Assembly (NCBI GenBank): GCA_963785725.1 | Contig: CAWAWS010000002.1 | Span: 256,001-320,000 of the forward strand | Reading direction: 5' to 3' | DNA from: an uncultured delta proteobacterium | GTDB taxonomy: Bacteria; Myxococcota_A; Polyangia; Palsa-1104 | Length of the DNA stretch: 64,000 nt | In this document: piece by piece, positions 19,408 to 28,969 of the stretch | Position numbering within the stretch: the first letter of the stretch is position 1 | How the letters are laid out: every line of letters begins with the position of its first letter | The notes under the pieces: model-generated | Seen by the model: only the letters and a program-made list of their open reading frames with translations | The model's database searches: none | What the model was told of the DNA's origin: nothing | Position numbers and translations under genes: made by a program

Positions 19408-20043
19408 GTGACCGAACCAACGCCGGAATCGAGAAGCGCTGCCATCCCAGTCTCCGCACCGCCGCAGCGACCGGCGCTCCTGTTCGTGCTGGGCGCCTTC
19501 GGGCTCGTCATCGGCGCGCTGGTGTCGGCGACGTCGCTCAGTACGGCGCTCGGGCTCCTCTTGCCGCGCGATAAGTACGTCGACATCGTCAAGCAGCAGA
19601 ACCCGATGAGCTTCCGCCTGCAGCCGGCGGAGCTGGAGAAGCTCGCGCTGCACGAGGCCGAGGCGCAATACGATCGGCGCCTGGCGACACTGCCGTTGGC
19701 GGCGGCGGGAATCGTCATCTCGTGCCTGCTGTTCTCGGGCGCGCTGCGCAGCATGATGGGAGATCCGACGGCGCTCTCGACGTGGAGGCTGGCGGCGACG
19801 GCGGCGTTACCGCATCGGCTGTTGACGTTCGTGGCGGTGGTGGTGACGAGCCATGACGTCGAGCGGCTGTTCGGTGGGCTGAAGGCGGCGCCGTTTCTGG
19901 AGACGCGGCTCGCGGTCGATCAGACGCTCGCGGCGATGGCGGCGGTGCTGTTGACGATCTATTTCACCGCCTGCTTGTTGATGCTGCGACGGCTGGGCGT
20001 GCCTGCGGAAGCTAGCGGCGACGCAAAACGAAGCCGGCCATAG
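19408..20043 (+). CDS. Hypothetical membrane protein
   Basis: About four hydrophobic segments; TAGGTT 6 nt upstream of GTG. Confidence 0.7.
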   Translation: MTEPTPESRSAAIPVSAPPQRPALLFVLGAFGLVIGALVSATSLSTALGLLLPRDKYVDIVKQQNPMSFRLQPAELEKLALHEAEAQYDRRLATLPLAAAGIVISCLLFSGALRSMMGDPTALSTWRLAATAALPHRLLTFVAVVVTSHDVERLFGGLKAAPFLETRLAVDQTLAAMAAVLLTIYFTACLLMLRRLGVPAEASGDAKRSRP

Positions 20044-20809
20044 GCTTCAAGAACGGCAAGGCCGAGAGACCGAGCATCACGGCGGCCAGCGCGCCCATCG
20101 GCAAGAGCAGCGTATTGCCGGCGGTGATCTGGAACTCGTTCTGGAAGTAGGCCTCGACGTTGACCGGCAAGCCGCCGAAGACGACCGTGCCGGCGGTGGC
20201 GAACGCGGCGACGGTGAGCGCGATGACGCCATAGGTGCGGTTGAGCAGCACGCCGCCGAAGCCGACGACGGCGAACGCGAACGCCGCCGCGGCGAGCATC
20301 TCCTGATCCTGGCGCGGCGCGAGCGTGAACATGATGAGCCCCGGCAGCGAGTTCGCCGCGCGGGTCACCGACTTACGGATGCGGATGACGCCCTGGTCGT
20401 CGAGCTTCCAGCGCGCGCGCCAATCGGGCTTGGCGTCGAAGAGGACGGCCATCTTCTCGCCCTGCAAGCACAAGGCGATGAGCGCGTGCGTGAGGCCGAA
20501 GATGATGAGCGCCGGCGGCAACGAGCGCGCCGCCACCCAGCCGAAGATCGTCATCGTCACGCCCCATTGGCCGATGCCGGTGGCGAACCAGCGGCCCCAG
20601 AACCACTCGGCAGCGACGGCGAAGAAGGTCACGCAATACACGAGCGTCATGGCCGAGAACACGGGCACCCATTCGGGCAGCTCGGTTCGCGCGCTCAAGC
20701 CGATCATGAAAAAGAGCGTGGCGTAAAATCCGAGGAACAAGAGCGAGAGCGCTTTGCGCTCACCGACCAGTCCCACCGACCCAAGCGCGTCCATGTACGG
20801 GAGCTTCAT
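20012..20809 (-). CDS. Hypothetical multi-pass membrane protein
   Basis: Multiple TM helices; TATAAT and AAGGAG upstream of ATG 20809. Confidence 0.75.
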   Translation of the reverse strand: MKLPYMDALGSVGLVGERKALSLLFLGFYATLFFMIGLSARTELPEWVPVFSAMTLVYCVTFFAVAAEWFWGRWFATGIGQWGVTMTIFGWVAARSLPPALIIFGLTHALIALCLQGEKMAVLFDAKPDWRARWKLDDQGVIRIRKSVTRAANSLPGLIMFTLAPRQDQEMLAAAAFAFAVVGFGGVLLNRTYGVIALTVAAFATAGTVVFGGLPVNVEAYFQNEFQITAGNTLLLPMGALAAVMLGLSALPFLKPMAGFVLRRR

Positions 20810-20885
20810 CGCGTTTACTCCTTCGAGCTTCATTATACGGCCAAGCGGGCTACTTTTCATCTGCCCGCGTACGAGCTACGGTCAC

Positions 20886-21689
20886 ATGATGTTGAACGTC
20901 CCTGGGGCCGAGCTATTCGTGACCGAGCTCGGCGACGGGCCGAGCGTCACCTTGATGCTGCATGGTGGTCCGGCCGCCGGCCACGATTATTTACGTCCGG
21001 GGTTCGATGCGCTGGCCGAGCCGGGGGTGCGGCGCCTCTTTTATTACGATCAGCGCGGCTGTGGCCGGTCGACGCTGGAGCCGGGCGTGCCGTTGCCCGG
21101 CTGGCAGACGCATGTAGCCGATATCGAAGCGATTCGTGAGCAGCTGGGGCTGCCGAAGCTGACCCTCGTCGGCTACTCGTGGGGCGCGCTCTTGGCGCTC
21201 TTGTACGCCATCGAGCACCGCGATCGGGTGGGCAAGCTGGCGCTGGTGTCGCCGGCGCCGGCGGCCGCGCGCGAGCGGGCCGAATCGGCGGCGCGACTGA
21301 AGGCGATGAGCGAGCGGCCGTCGGTCGCGGCGCTGCGCGCGACGCTGGACACGACCGACCGGCGCAATCGCTTCGCCCTCGCCGTCGCCGGCTACTTCGC
21401 CAAGCCGGAATTGGCGGTCGGGCTGACGCCGTTCGTCGTCAAGCAGTCGGCCGAGGCGGCGGTGTGGCAGAGCTTGGGCGACTATGACTTGCGGCCGTCG
21501 CTGCGCGGCTTGGGCGTGCCGGCGCTGGTCGTGCACGGCGCCGAAGATCCGATCCCGCTGGCGACGGCGCGCGCGACCGCGAACGCGCTCGACGCGCCAC
21601 TCGTGGCGATCGACAATTGCGGGCACGTGCCCTATGTCGAAGCGCCGGAGCAGCTGATCCCGGCGCTGCGGACGTTCTTAGGCAGCTGA
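20886..21689 (+). CDS. Alpha/beta hydrolase (proline iminopeptidase-like)
   Basis: LHGGP, YYDQRGCGRS, GYSWG, HGAED, CGHVP. Confidence 0.9.
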   Translation: MMLNVPGAELFVTELGDGPSVTLMLHGGPAAGHDYLRPGFDALAEPGVRRLFYYDQRGCGRSTLEPGVPLPGWQTHVADIEAIREQLGLPKLTLVGYSWGALLALLYAIEHRDRVGKLALVSPAPAAARERAESAARLKAMSERPSVAALRATLDTTDRRNRFALAVAGYFAKPELAVGLTPFVVKQSAEAAVWQSLGDYDLRPSLRGLGVPALVVHGAEDPIPLATARATANALDAPLVAIDNCGHVPYVEAPEQLIPALRTFLGS

Positions 21690-22614
21690 CTCGGGATAGC
21701 GATCGACGAGCGCCAGCAGCATGTCGCGCTGCGAGACGTAATCGGGCGCCGTCGCCGTCAACACGAAGCCGCGCAGCTCGTTGACGAGGCAGCGCGGACC
21801 GCCGCCGCCTTTGCCGAACAGCTCGGGCAGCTCGAGCTCCTCGATGTTGAAGCCGCGACGCAGCAAGTTGCCGCGCAATCCCGTCGACAAGCCGCTCGGC
21901 ATCAGAGATCGTCCCGTCGACGCACAAGGAGTTGCAGGCGTAGCCGAGCGCGTCCTCTTCCTCGACGGACAGGACCTCGACGTTGTTGGCGAAGATGCGC
22001 AGCTCGGGCAGCGTGTGGTCGACGAGCGCGCCGCCGTAGGCCAAGAGCGTCGTGTCGCCGCCGCGCGACGTCAGCGGATCGAGCGCGGTGTCGCCGTGGA
22101 ACCAGGGCTCGCGCAGCTGCGCCTCGACGACGCGCGCGCCCATCGGCAGGCGCTCGCGCACGTCGGCGAGCGACTCGCGCACCGAGCGCACGCCCCAGGT
22201 CAGGATGAAGCGATTGCCGGGCAGCGTCGTGACGTCGGCCTGCCCTTCCCACGTGTGAGCCGATTCTTCGACGGGCACGCCGGCTTCGGCCCAAAAGGCG
22301 CGAATATGGCCCTGCTCCGCTTGCCGATGCGCGACGAGCATCTTCGGCAACCGCCAGGTCCATTGGTCGCCCTTGCGAAACAGCGCGCCCGTGTTGGCCG
22401 TGTACGGCAAGCCCGTCAGCGGCGTCGCCGCCTCCGCCGGCGGCGCCATGACGAGGATGCGGCCGCCGTGGCGCGTGATGGCGTCGCACAAGGTCAGCCA
22501 CTCTTGCATCGCGGCGCGCGGGTTGGTCGCGGCGCGCTCTTTGGAGCGGAAGTTCTGCCCTCCGCGAATGGTCCAGCCCGGGCTCGGGTAGGACATCAAG
22601 AACGTGGCCCCCAT
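21678..22614 (-). CDS. Amidinotransferase/arginine deiminase-related protein (frameshift near 21905)
   Basis: YTAN, WEGQAD, FHGDTAL, YACN; C-terminal GGGGPRCL catalytic Cys in second frame. Confidence 0.82.
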
Positions 22615-22654
22615 GGCCTGCAACCGTAACACAAATGTGCTAGATGTTCGGGCC

Positions 22655-23158
22655 ATGCCTTCGATAGAGCCACTCCCGTCGACGGGGATTAGCAAGATCC
22701 TCGGCATGTGCGAGATCCTCGAGGACAAGGGCGGACGCGAAGAGCTGTTCGCGCTCGCTCGTGACATGCACATGCCGTTTTCCGAAGTGCTGCTGGTGAT
22801 CAAAGCGGCCGAGATGCTGTCGCTGATCGAGACGCCGGGACACGAAGCGCAGATTACGGCGTTCGGTCAGAAGGTGCTCGCGGCCGGCATCAAGGACAAA
22901 AAAGTGATGCTCGGGCAGCAGATGCTCAAGCTCAACGTGTTCATGCACATCGTCAAGCTGCTCAAAGGGACGCCGCGCCAGGAATTGCCGGCGGAGCTGA
23001 TCCTCGAGGAGCTGGCGGTGCGGCTGCCGCACGAGACGCCGCGGCAGATGTTCACGACGCTGCTCAACTGGGGCCGTTACGGCGACGTCTTCGGCTACTC
23101 GCGCGACACCGATCTGTTCTTCATGCACCGCGAAGAAGAGGCCACCGCCGCGACGTGA
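22655..23158 (+). CDS. Stand-alone AAA-associated C-terminal domain (NitT/TauT ATPase C-domain-like)
   Basis: LP...ILGMCEIL..GGREELFALA...AAEML...LLNWGRYGDVFGY. Confidence 0.72.
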   Translation: MPSIEPLPSTGISKILGMCEILEDKGGREELFALARDMHMPFSEVLLVIKAAEMLSLIETPGHEAQITAFGQKVLAAGIKDKKVMLGQQMLKLNVFMHIVKLLKGTPRQELPAELILEELAVRLPHETPRQMFTTLLNWGRYGDVFGYSRDTDLFFMHREEEATAAT

Positions 23159-23175
23159 TCTGGGTCACGACGCAG

Positions 23176-23192
23176 GTGGCTAGACTAGCCAC
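23176..23192. promoter_or_regulatory. Perfect 8-bp inverted repeat, candidate activator site
   Basis: GTGGCTAG-A-CTAGCCAC about 75 bp upstream of a sigma54-like box. Confidence 0.45.
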
Positions 23193-23263
23193 TGGTTCGA
23201 CCACTGTCGCCATGTAGGACACTGTCGTCGGCCGCAACTCATTGAATTGACTTCGCGTGACGC

Positions 23264-23280
23264 TTGGCATTGGGCGTGCT
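23264..23280 (+). promoter_or_regulatory. Sigma54 (-24/-12) promoter candidate
   Basis: TTGGCATTGGGCGTGCT with exact GG-N10-GC spacing, upstream of ATG 23308. Confidence 0.6.
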
Positions 23281-23307
23281 CATGGGCGCCGGCCAAGGGG
23301 ACACGAC

Positions 23308-23778
23308 ATGAAGACTTGGATCGCGGGGATGCTGGTGGTGGCGAGCGCGGCGACGGGGCACGCGGCGCCGCTGAAGCTGCAGGGTGGCTCGTCGGTGCGC
23401 GTGGCGGTGCATGGCAAGCGCGAGGTCGGCGTCGGGCTCAAGATGCCGAAGCGCAGCGACCACGGCTGGCGCCTGGCGCTGGGCGCGGCGAACGGCGCCG
23501 ACGTCGCCGACGCCGTCGACGTCACCGATGGCGCGAACGACGCGCGCTGGACGCTGGCGGTGCGCGACGGTGCGCTCTTCTTCGACGACGATCGCTTCGT
23601 CGCCGGGCACGCCTATCGGCTCGTCGTGCGCCGCGGCGTCGAGGAGCGCGGCACGGCGCTCGTCTACTTGTACCCGCCGGCGACGGCGAGCAAGAGCGAG
23701 GTCAGCTTCGACGACGAGGGCGCGACGGCCGGCGGCAGCGACGACGAGATCGCGATCAGCAAGAAGCCGACGCTGTAG
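23308..23778 (+). CDS. Secreted hypothetical protein
   Basis: Signal peptide MKTWIAGMLVVASAATGHA; AAGGGG RBS-like sequence. Confidence 0.7.
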   Translation: MKTWIAGMLVVASAATGHAAPLKLQGGSSVRVAVHGKREVGVGLKMPKRSDHGWRLALGAANGADVADAVDVTDGANDARWTLAVRDGALFFDDDRFVAGHAYRLVVRRGVEERGTALVYLYPPATASKSEVSFDDEGATAGGSDDEIAISKKPTL

Positions 23779-23790
23779 CCCGCGGCGGTC

Positions 23791-24522
23791 TCAGTCGTCC
23801 TTGGATTTACCTTGGGCGCTCTTGATGCAGTCGAGGACGTGCGTGAGGACGGCGATGCGCGCGTGCCACTTCTTGTCGGCGCCGAGCACCTTCCACGGCG
23901 CGTGCGCGGTCGAGGTCTCGGCGAACATCTCCTCGGCGGCATCGACGTACAAGTCCCAATGCTCGCGGTTGCGCCAGTCTTCGGGGCCGATCTTCCAGCG
24001 CTTGTAGGGATCTTTTTCGCGCTCGTCGAAGCGGCGCGCCTGCTCGTCTTTGGTGATGGCGAGAAACGTCTTGACCAGCACGACGCCGTCGTCGACGAGC
24101 ATACGCTCGAACTCGTTGATCTCGCGATAGGCGCGCTTCCACTCTTTCTTCTTGGCGAAGCCCTCGACGCGCTCGACGAGGACGCGGCCGTACCAGGTCC
24201 GATCGAACACGCCCCAGCGACCATGCGGCGGCAAGCGCGTCCAAAAGCGCCACATGTAATGATGCTGGCGCTCGACGTCCGACGGCGCAGCGATCGAGTG
24301 CACGTTGAAGCCGCGCGGATCGAGCCGCTCGGTCAGCCGCTTGATGGCGCCGCCTTTGCCGCTCGCGTCCCAGCCTTCGAACGCCACGACGACCGAGCGC
24401 TTCGACTCGCGCAGCCCGAGCGCCGCCTTCAGGAGCTGCAGCTGCAGCTTGGCCAGCTCCTCCTCGTACGTTTTCTTGTCCGCGACCGCCGCCGTGTAGT
24501 CGAGCTTGTCGAGAATGGTCAT
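23791..24522 (-). CDS. ppk2: Polyphosphate kinase 2 family protein
   Basis: FEGWDASGKGGAIKR, LDPRG, FDRTWYGRVLVERVE, WKIGPEDW. Confidence 0.95.
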   Translation of the reverse strand: MTILDKLDYTAAVADKKTYEEELAKLQLQLLKAALGLRESKRSVVVAFEGWDASGKGGAIKRLTERLDPRGFNVHSIAAPSDVERQHHYMWRFWTRLPPHGRWGVFDRTWYGRVLVERVEGFAKKKEWKRAYREINEFERMLVDDGVVLVKTFLAITKDEQARRFDEREKDPYKRWKIGPEDWRNREHWDLYVDAAEEMFAETSTAHAPWKVLGADKKWHARIAVLTHVLDCIKSAQGKSKDD

Positions 24523-24545
24523 GGGCCGATGCTACACTGCGCCCC

Positions 24546-25073
24546 GTGATCTCGCGACGCGGCCTCCTGCGCGCAGGGCTCGGCGGCGCGCTCGTCGTCA
24601 GCGGCGCCGCGCTCGTCGCCCGTTCGTTCGGCGGCTGGGGCGGCGGCTATCGGCTCGACGACGCCAAGGCGGCTCGGCTGCGCGCGCTGTCGCCGAAGGA
24701 ATATTTAGTGCTGCAAGCGGTGGCGCGGCGCGTCTGCGCCAGCGACGAGCCCGACGCGCCGTCGGCGGACGCGGTCGACGCGGCGCTGGCGGCGGACGCC
24801 TACGTCGCCCAGTTGCCGCTGCCGATTCAGGAGGAGGTGCGCGCGCTCTTGCAGCTGGTCGAGCATGGCGCGTCGCTGACGGCGCGGTTTACGCGGCTGC
24901 CGGCGGACGCGCAGGACGCGGCGCTGCGCGGCTGGCAGCAGTCGTCGTTGACGGTGCGGCGGCGCGGCTTTCAGGCGCTCAAGACGCTGGCGCTCGTCGG
25001 TTATTGGCGGGACGATCGCACGTGGCCGCTGCTCGGTTACTCGGGGCCGATGCTGCCGAAGCGGGCGCCGTGA
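24546..25073 (+). CDS. Tat-exported gluconate 2-dehydrogenase subunit 3-like protein
   Basis: SRRGLL twin-arginine signal; RFTRL..AQDAAL..WQQS...W..LGYSGP. Confidence 0.8.
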   Translation: MISRRGLLRAGLGGALVVSGAALVARSFGGWGGGYRLDDAKAARLRALSPKEYLVLQAVARRVCASDEPDAPSADAVDAALAADAYVAQLPLPIQEEVRALLQLVEHGASLTARFTRLPADAQDAALRGWQQSSLTVRRRGFQALKTLALVGYWRDDRTWPLLGYSGPMLPKRAP

Positions 25074-26579
25074 GCGGCGGCACGATCGAACGCGCGCGCG
25101 ACTTCGGCCGCGACCTCACGCTCGACGCCGACGTCTGCGTCGTCGGCACCGGCGCCGGCGGCGCGATGGTCGCGCGCGAGGCGGCGCGCGCCGGCTTGCG
25201 CGTCATCGCGCTCGAGGAGGGCCCATTCTCGACGGCGCGCGACTTCACGCAGCGCGAGGACGAGATGTTGCCGCTGCTGTTCCAAGACGGCGGCGGCCGC
25301 ACCACCAGCGACGGCGCCATCAGCATCTTGCAAGGTCGCGGCGTCGGCGGCTCGACGGTGCACAACACCAACCTGTGCAAGCGCGCGCCGGCCGAAGTGC
25401 TCGACGGCTGGCGGCTCGACGGCTGGCGCGCGGCCGAGCTCGCGCCGCACTACGACGTCGTCGAGCGCGACTTGTCGGTCACGCCCATCGACGACTCGCG
25501 CATCAACCGCAACAACGCCGTCATTCGCCGCGGCATCGAGAAGCTGGGCTGGCGCGGCGGTCGGCTGTCGCACAATCGCGTCGGCTGCGTCGGCTCGGGC
25601 TTTTGCGAGCTCGGCTGCAGCTTCGACGCCAAGCAGAACGCGCTCAAGGTGCTCATTCCCGACGCCGTCGCGCATGGCGCGCGCGTCGTCAGCGAATGTC
25701 GCGCCGAGCGCGTCGTCGTCGAGGCCGGCCGCGCGATCGGCGTGCAGGCGCGCGCCGTCGACGCGCAGGGCCGCGCCGGGCTGGCGGTCGACGTGCGCGC
25801 CCGCGCCGTCGTCTTGGCCGGCAGCGCCGTCGGCTCGGCGGTGCTGGCTATTCGCAGCGGGCTGCCCGATCCGTCGGGATGCGTCGGTCGCGGCTTGCGG
25901 CTGCATCCGGGCGTCGCGCTGGCCGGCATCTTCGACGAGATCATCGAAGGCTGGAACGGCATCCCGCAGTCGTGGGAATGCACCGAGAAATTACGCTTCG
26001 AAGACGACGACCACGAAGATCGCGCCTGGATCGTGCCGGCGTTCGCGCATCCGATCGGCATGGCGGCGACGCTGCCGGGGTTCGGCGCGGCGCACATGCG
26101 CATGATGCGGCTCTATCCGCGCATGAGCGTGCTGGCGGCGATGCTGCACGATCGCTCCGAAGGTCGCGTCAGCGTGTCGCGCGGGCGGCCGGTCGTCGAT
26201 TACGCGCTCGACGCGTCGGACGCGCGCGCGCTCGGTCGCGGCATGACGGCGTGCGCGCAGATCTTGTTCGCGGCGGGCGCCAAGCGGGTGATGGTGCCGT
26301 TCGCCGAGCCGCTCATGCTCGATCGCGTGGATGAATTGCCGCAGATTCTCGCGCGCGGCTATCGGCCGCTCGACCCGCTTTTGACGGCGGTGCATCCGAT
26401 GGGCACGCTGGCGCTCGGCCGCGTCGTCGACGAGCGCGGCCGCTATCGCGGCGTCGAGCGCTTGTGGGTCGCCGACGGCAGCCTGTTTCCGACGAGCCTC
26501 GGCGGCCCGCCGCAGCTGACGATCTACGCCGCCGGCCACAAAGATCGCCGGCCATCTCGTCACGGATTTACAAGCGTGA
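25070..26579 (+). CDS. GMC oxidoreductase (extra A near 26541 falsely fuses it to next gene)
   Basis: DVCVVGTGAGG, GRGVGGSTVHN, CxGxGxCxxGC, VHPMGT, VADGSLFPTS; corrected end GHKIAGHLVTDLQA*. Confidence 0.88.
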
Positions 26580-27166
26580 AGCGAGCTTGGGCGTTGTGCG
26601 CGCTCATGGCCGCAGGCTGTACCGATCTGCGCGATCTGTTCACGCCGTATGCGCCGCATCCGGCCGCCGTCGACGCGCTGTTGGCGTCGCAGACGATGTT
26701 GCCGCACTACGACGCCGCGCTCGTGCTCGGCTGCCCGGCCGATCCCGACGGCTCGCCGTCACTGTGCGAGCGCTGTCGCGTCAAGAGCGCCGTACGGCAA
26801 TGGCGGCGCGGCGCCATCGGCGGCATCGTCTTCTCGGGCGGCGCGGCCCATTCGCACGACGTCGAGGCCGACGTCATGGGCGACCTGGCCGTGCGCCGCG
26901 GCGTGCCGGCGAGCGCCGTCGTGCGCGAAGGGCGCGCGCTCACGACGTGGCAGAATCTGCGCTTCTCGCTGCCGCTCCTGCATCGGCACGGCTGGTCGAC
27001 CGTGCTCGTCATCTCGACGGCCGATCATCTGCCGCGCGCGCGCCGCATTGCCCGCTATTGGGGGCTCGACGACGCGCACGCGCGCTACTTCGCCTGCGAT
27101 CGCGATCTACCGCCCGACAGCGACGCCGAGTTTGTGGATCAGCCGCCGACGAAGACGAACGGGTAG
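26576..27166 (+). CDS. YdcF/DUF218 family lipoprotein
   Basis: GTG start overlapping GMC stop; LMAAGC lipobox; VLGCP, FSGGA, EADVM, TTWQN, HLPRA. Confidence 0.82.
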   Translation: MKRAWALCALMAAGCTDLRDLFTPYAPHPAAVDALLASQTMLPHYDAALVLGCPADPDGSPSLCERCRVKSAVRQWRRGAIGGIVFSGGAAHSHDVEADVMGDLAVRRGVPASAVVREGRALTTWQNLRFSLPLLHRHGWSTVLVISTADHLPRARRIARYWGLDDAHARYFACDRDLPPDSDAEFVDQPPTKTNG

Positions 27167-27657
27167 CTGAACTTCTTGGGGCCTTCGGTGAACTTCGGGA
27201 ACGTCCAGCCGCGGGCGCGCGACTGAATGCAGGCCGGCAGCTTCGACGCCGCGAAGTCGGGCGCGTCGACGGCGACGTTGGACACGGTGCCGGCGGGCGC
27301 GATCTCGAGCGACACGATCGCCTTGCCGCTGCCGACGGTGCCGGCGCGCTCTTCGACCTCGTAGCAGCCTTTGACGCCGGGCAAGTTGCGGCGAATGACG
27401 GTGACGACCTCGGGATCGGGCAACGGGCCCGGCATCGTGTCGACGACGGCGATGGCGGCCGGGCTCGGCGGATCGACGGCGCGGCGCACTTCGCCCATGA
27501 GCCCGCCGCCGCGCTCGCCGGCGATGACGGCCGGCTGCGCAGCTGCGACGATCGCCTGCCACTTGGCGTCGAACTGCGGGTCGCCTTTGGGCCGCGCCGC
27601 CGGTTGACCGTGACAAGCCGCGACCAGCAACGCACCGACGAGCCAAGACTGCCGCAT
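27139..27657 (-). CDS. AgmX/PglI C-terminal (TonB-C-like) domain lipoprotein
   Basis: LLVAAC lipobox; IRRNLPGVKGCYE...GKAIVSLEIAPAGTV...CI....WTFP..YPFVF. Confidence 0.8.
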   Translation of the reverse strand: MRQSWLVGALLVAACHGQPAARPKGDPQFDAKWQAIVAAAQPAVIAGERGGGLMGEVRRAVDPPSPAAIAVVDTMPGPLPDPEVVTVIRRNLPGVKGCYEVEERAGTVGSGKAIVSLEIAPAGTVSNVAVDAPDFAASKLPACIQSRARGWTFPKFTEGPKKFSYPFVFVGG

Positions 27658-27677
27658 CACATGATCATATCATCCGG

Positions 27678-28400
27678 CTACTGCGGTTTGAAGGGCGACG
27701 CGGCCTGCGCGTGACGGACGCGGCGTAAGACGAACGCCCACAGCGCCAGCGATCCCAGCGCCACCGCCGCGTACATCGGCCAGCCACGTAAGCTGCCGAG
27801 CAGCAAGTCGTAGCCGGTGTGAAAGCCCAGCGGCACGACGAGCGCGGCGAGGAGGCGGTCGCGGCGTTGGCGGCGCGTGACGTCGATGCCTTGCCACTGG
27901 CCGTCGCCGAGCTTGGCGCGCCCGAAGTAAAAGCCCATCGCGGCGCCGAAGAGCGCGTGGGCGGGCACGGCGAACACCGCGCGCAAGACGCCGATGCCGA
28001 GGCCGTCGCGCGCGACGCACAAGACGTTCTCGACGGTGGCGAAGCCGAGCGCCAGCGCGACGCCGTAGACGACGCCGTCGAGCGGCTCGTCGAGCTCACG
28101 CCAGCGGCCGATGATGGCGTAGAACGCGAGCCACTTGGGCAGCTCTTCGCACGCGGCGGCCAAGACCAACGCTTCGAACGCGCGCGCCGGCAGGCCGCCG
28201 AGCGCCAGCCAATCGTCGCCGACGGCGCGCGCCAACGTCCACGACGCGGCATAGGCCGGCAACGTCGCGGCCGCGCCGAGCACGAAGGCCAAGGCGACGT
28301 GGCCGCGCGGCTCGGGCTCGTAATGATCGCGGAGATAGAAGTAGACGAGCAGAAACAGCGACGGCGCCGCACCGACGACCAGCGTGAGCGCCCACGACAT
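27678..28400 (-). CDS. prsW: PrsW family intramembrane metalloprotease
   Basis: RDHYEPEP, EELPK, FDEP-like LDEPLDG, LGFATVEN, PAHA, HTGYD. Confidence 0.88.
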   Translation of the reverse strand: MSWALTLVVGAAPSLFLLVYFYLRDHYEPEPRGHVALAFVLGAAATLPAYAASWTLARAVGDDWLALGGLPARAFEALVLAAACEELPKWLAFYAIIGRWRELDEPLDGVVYGVALALGFATVENVLCVARDGLGIGVLRAVFAVPAHALFGAAMGFYFGRAKLGDGQWQGIDVTRRQRRDRLLAALVVPLGFHTGYDLLLGSLRGWPMYAAVALGSLALWAFVLRRVRHAQAASPFKPQ

Positions 28401-28404
28401 GGGC

Positions 28405-28926
28405 TCAGCGGTGCGTGAAGAACCAGACGACGCCGGCGGCCGAGGCGGCGGCGGCGAGCAGCACCATGCCCACGACGAAGGTGCCCGAGAGGCTCGAGCC
28501 GTCGGACGAGGTGGCGGCGGGCGCGCCGGCCGGCGCCGCGGCCATGCGCACGACGCACTGATGCTCGCCGAAGAAGTGCCGCAGTTTCACGACGAGCGCG
28601 CTGTATTGCACGCGATCGAGCGGAATGTCGGCGCCGTTGAAGCGCTCGCGATGCAGCGCCCGCAGCATCTCGAAGCTGCGCAGCTCCGCCCACGACTCGG
28701 CGGAGTTGGCCGAGCCGGCGACGATGAGGCTGCCGCCGCCTTCGGGGATCAACTTGACGTGTTGCGTGGCCTGCTTGCCGCCTTCGGTCGACATGCCTTC
28801 GGGCGCCGACAGCTCGACGCGATAGGTGATCGGTCCGCGCACGCGCTCCTTGGCCAACGCGATATTGAACGTCTCGGCCAGGGTGATCGCTCGAACGGCG
28901 AACTGCGTGCGCTTGGCATCGGACAT
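28405..28926 (-). CDS. Hypothetical protein with C-terminal TM anchor
   Basis: GGAGG RBS upstream; C-terminal hydrophobic helix. Confidence 0.7.
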   Translation of the reverse strand: MSDAKRTQFAVRAITLAETFNIALAKERVRGPITYRVELSAPEGMSTEGGKQATQHVKLIPEGGGSLIVAGSANSAESWAELRSFEMLRALHRERFNGADIPLDRVQYSALVVKLRHFFGEHQCVVRMAAAPAGAPAATSSDGSSLSGTFVVGMVLLAAAASAAGVVWFFTHR

Positions 28927-28969
28927 CAGGTCTACCTCCGACGCCGAATTGTACTATAAAACGAGCGCC

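Noticed and set aside
24506..27166. 886-aa GMC-YdcF fusion in the ORF track
   Set aside because: Removing one A at ~26541 restores a normal GMC end with a stop at 26579 overlapping a GTG start with its own lipoprotein signal; likely an indel artefact
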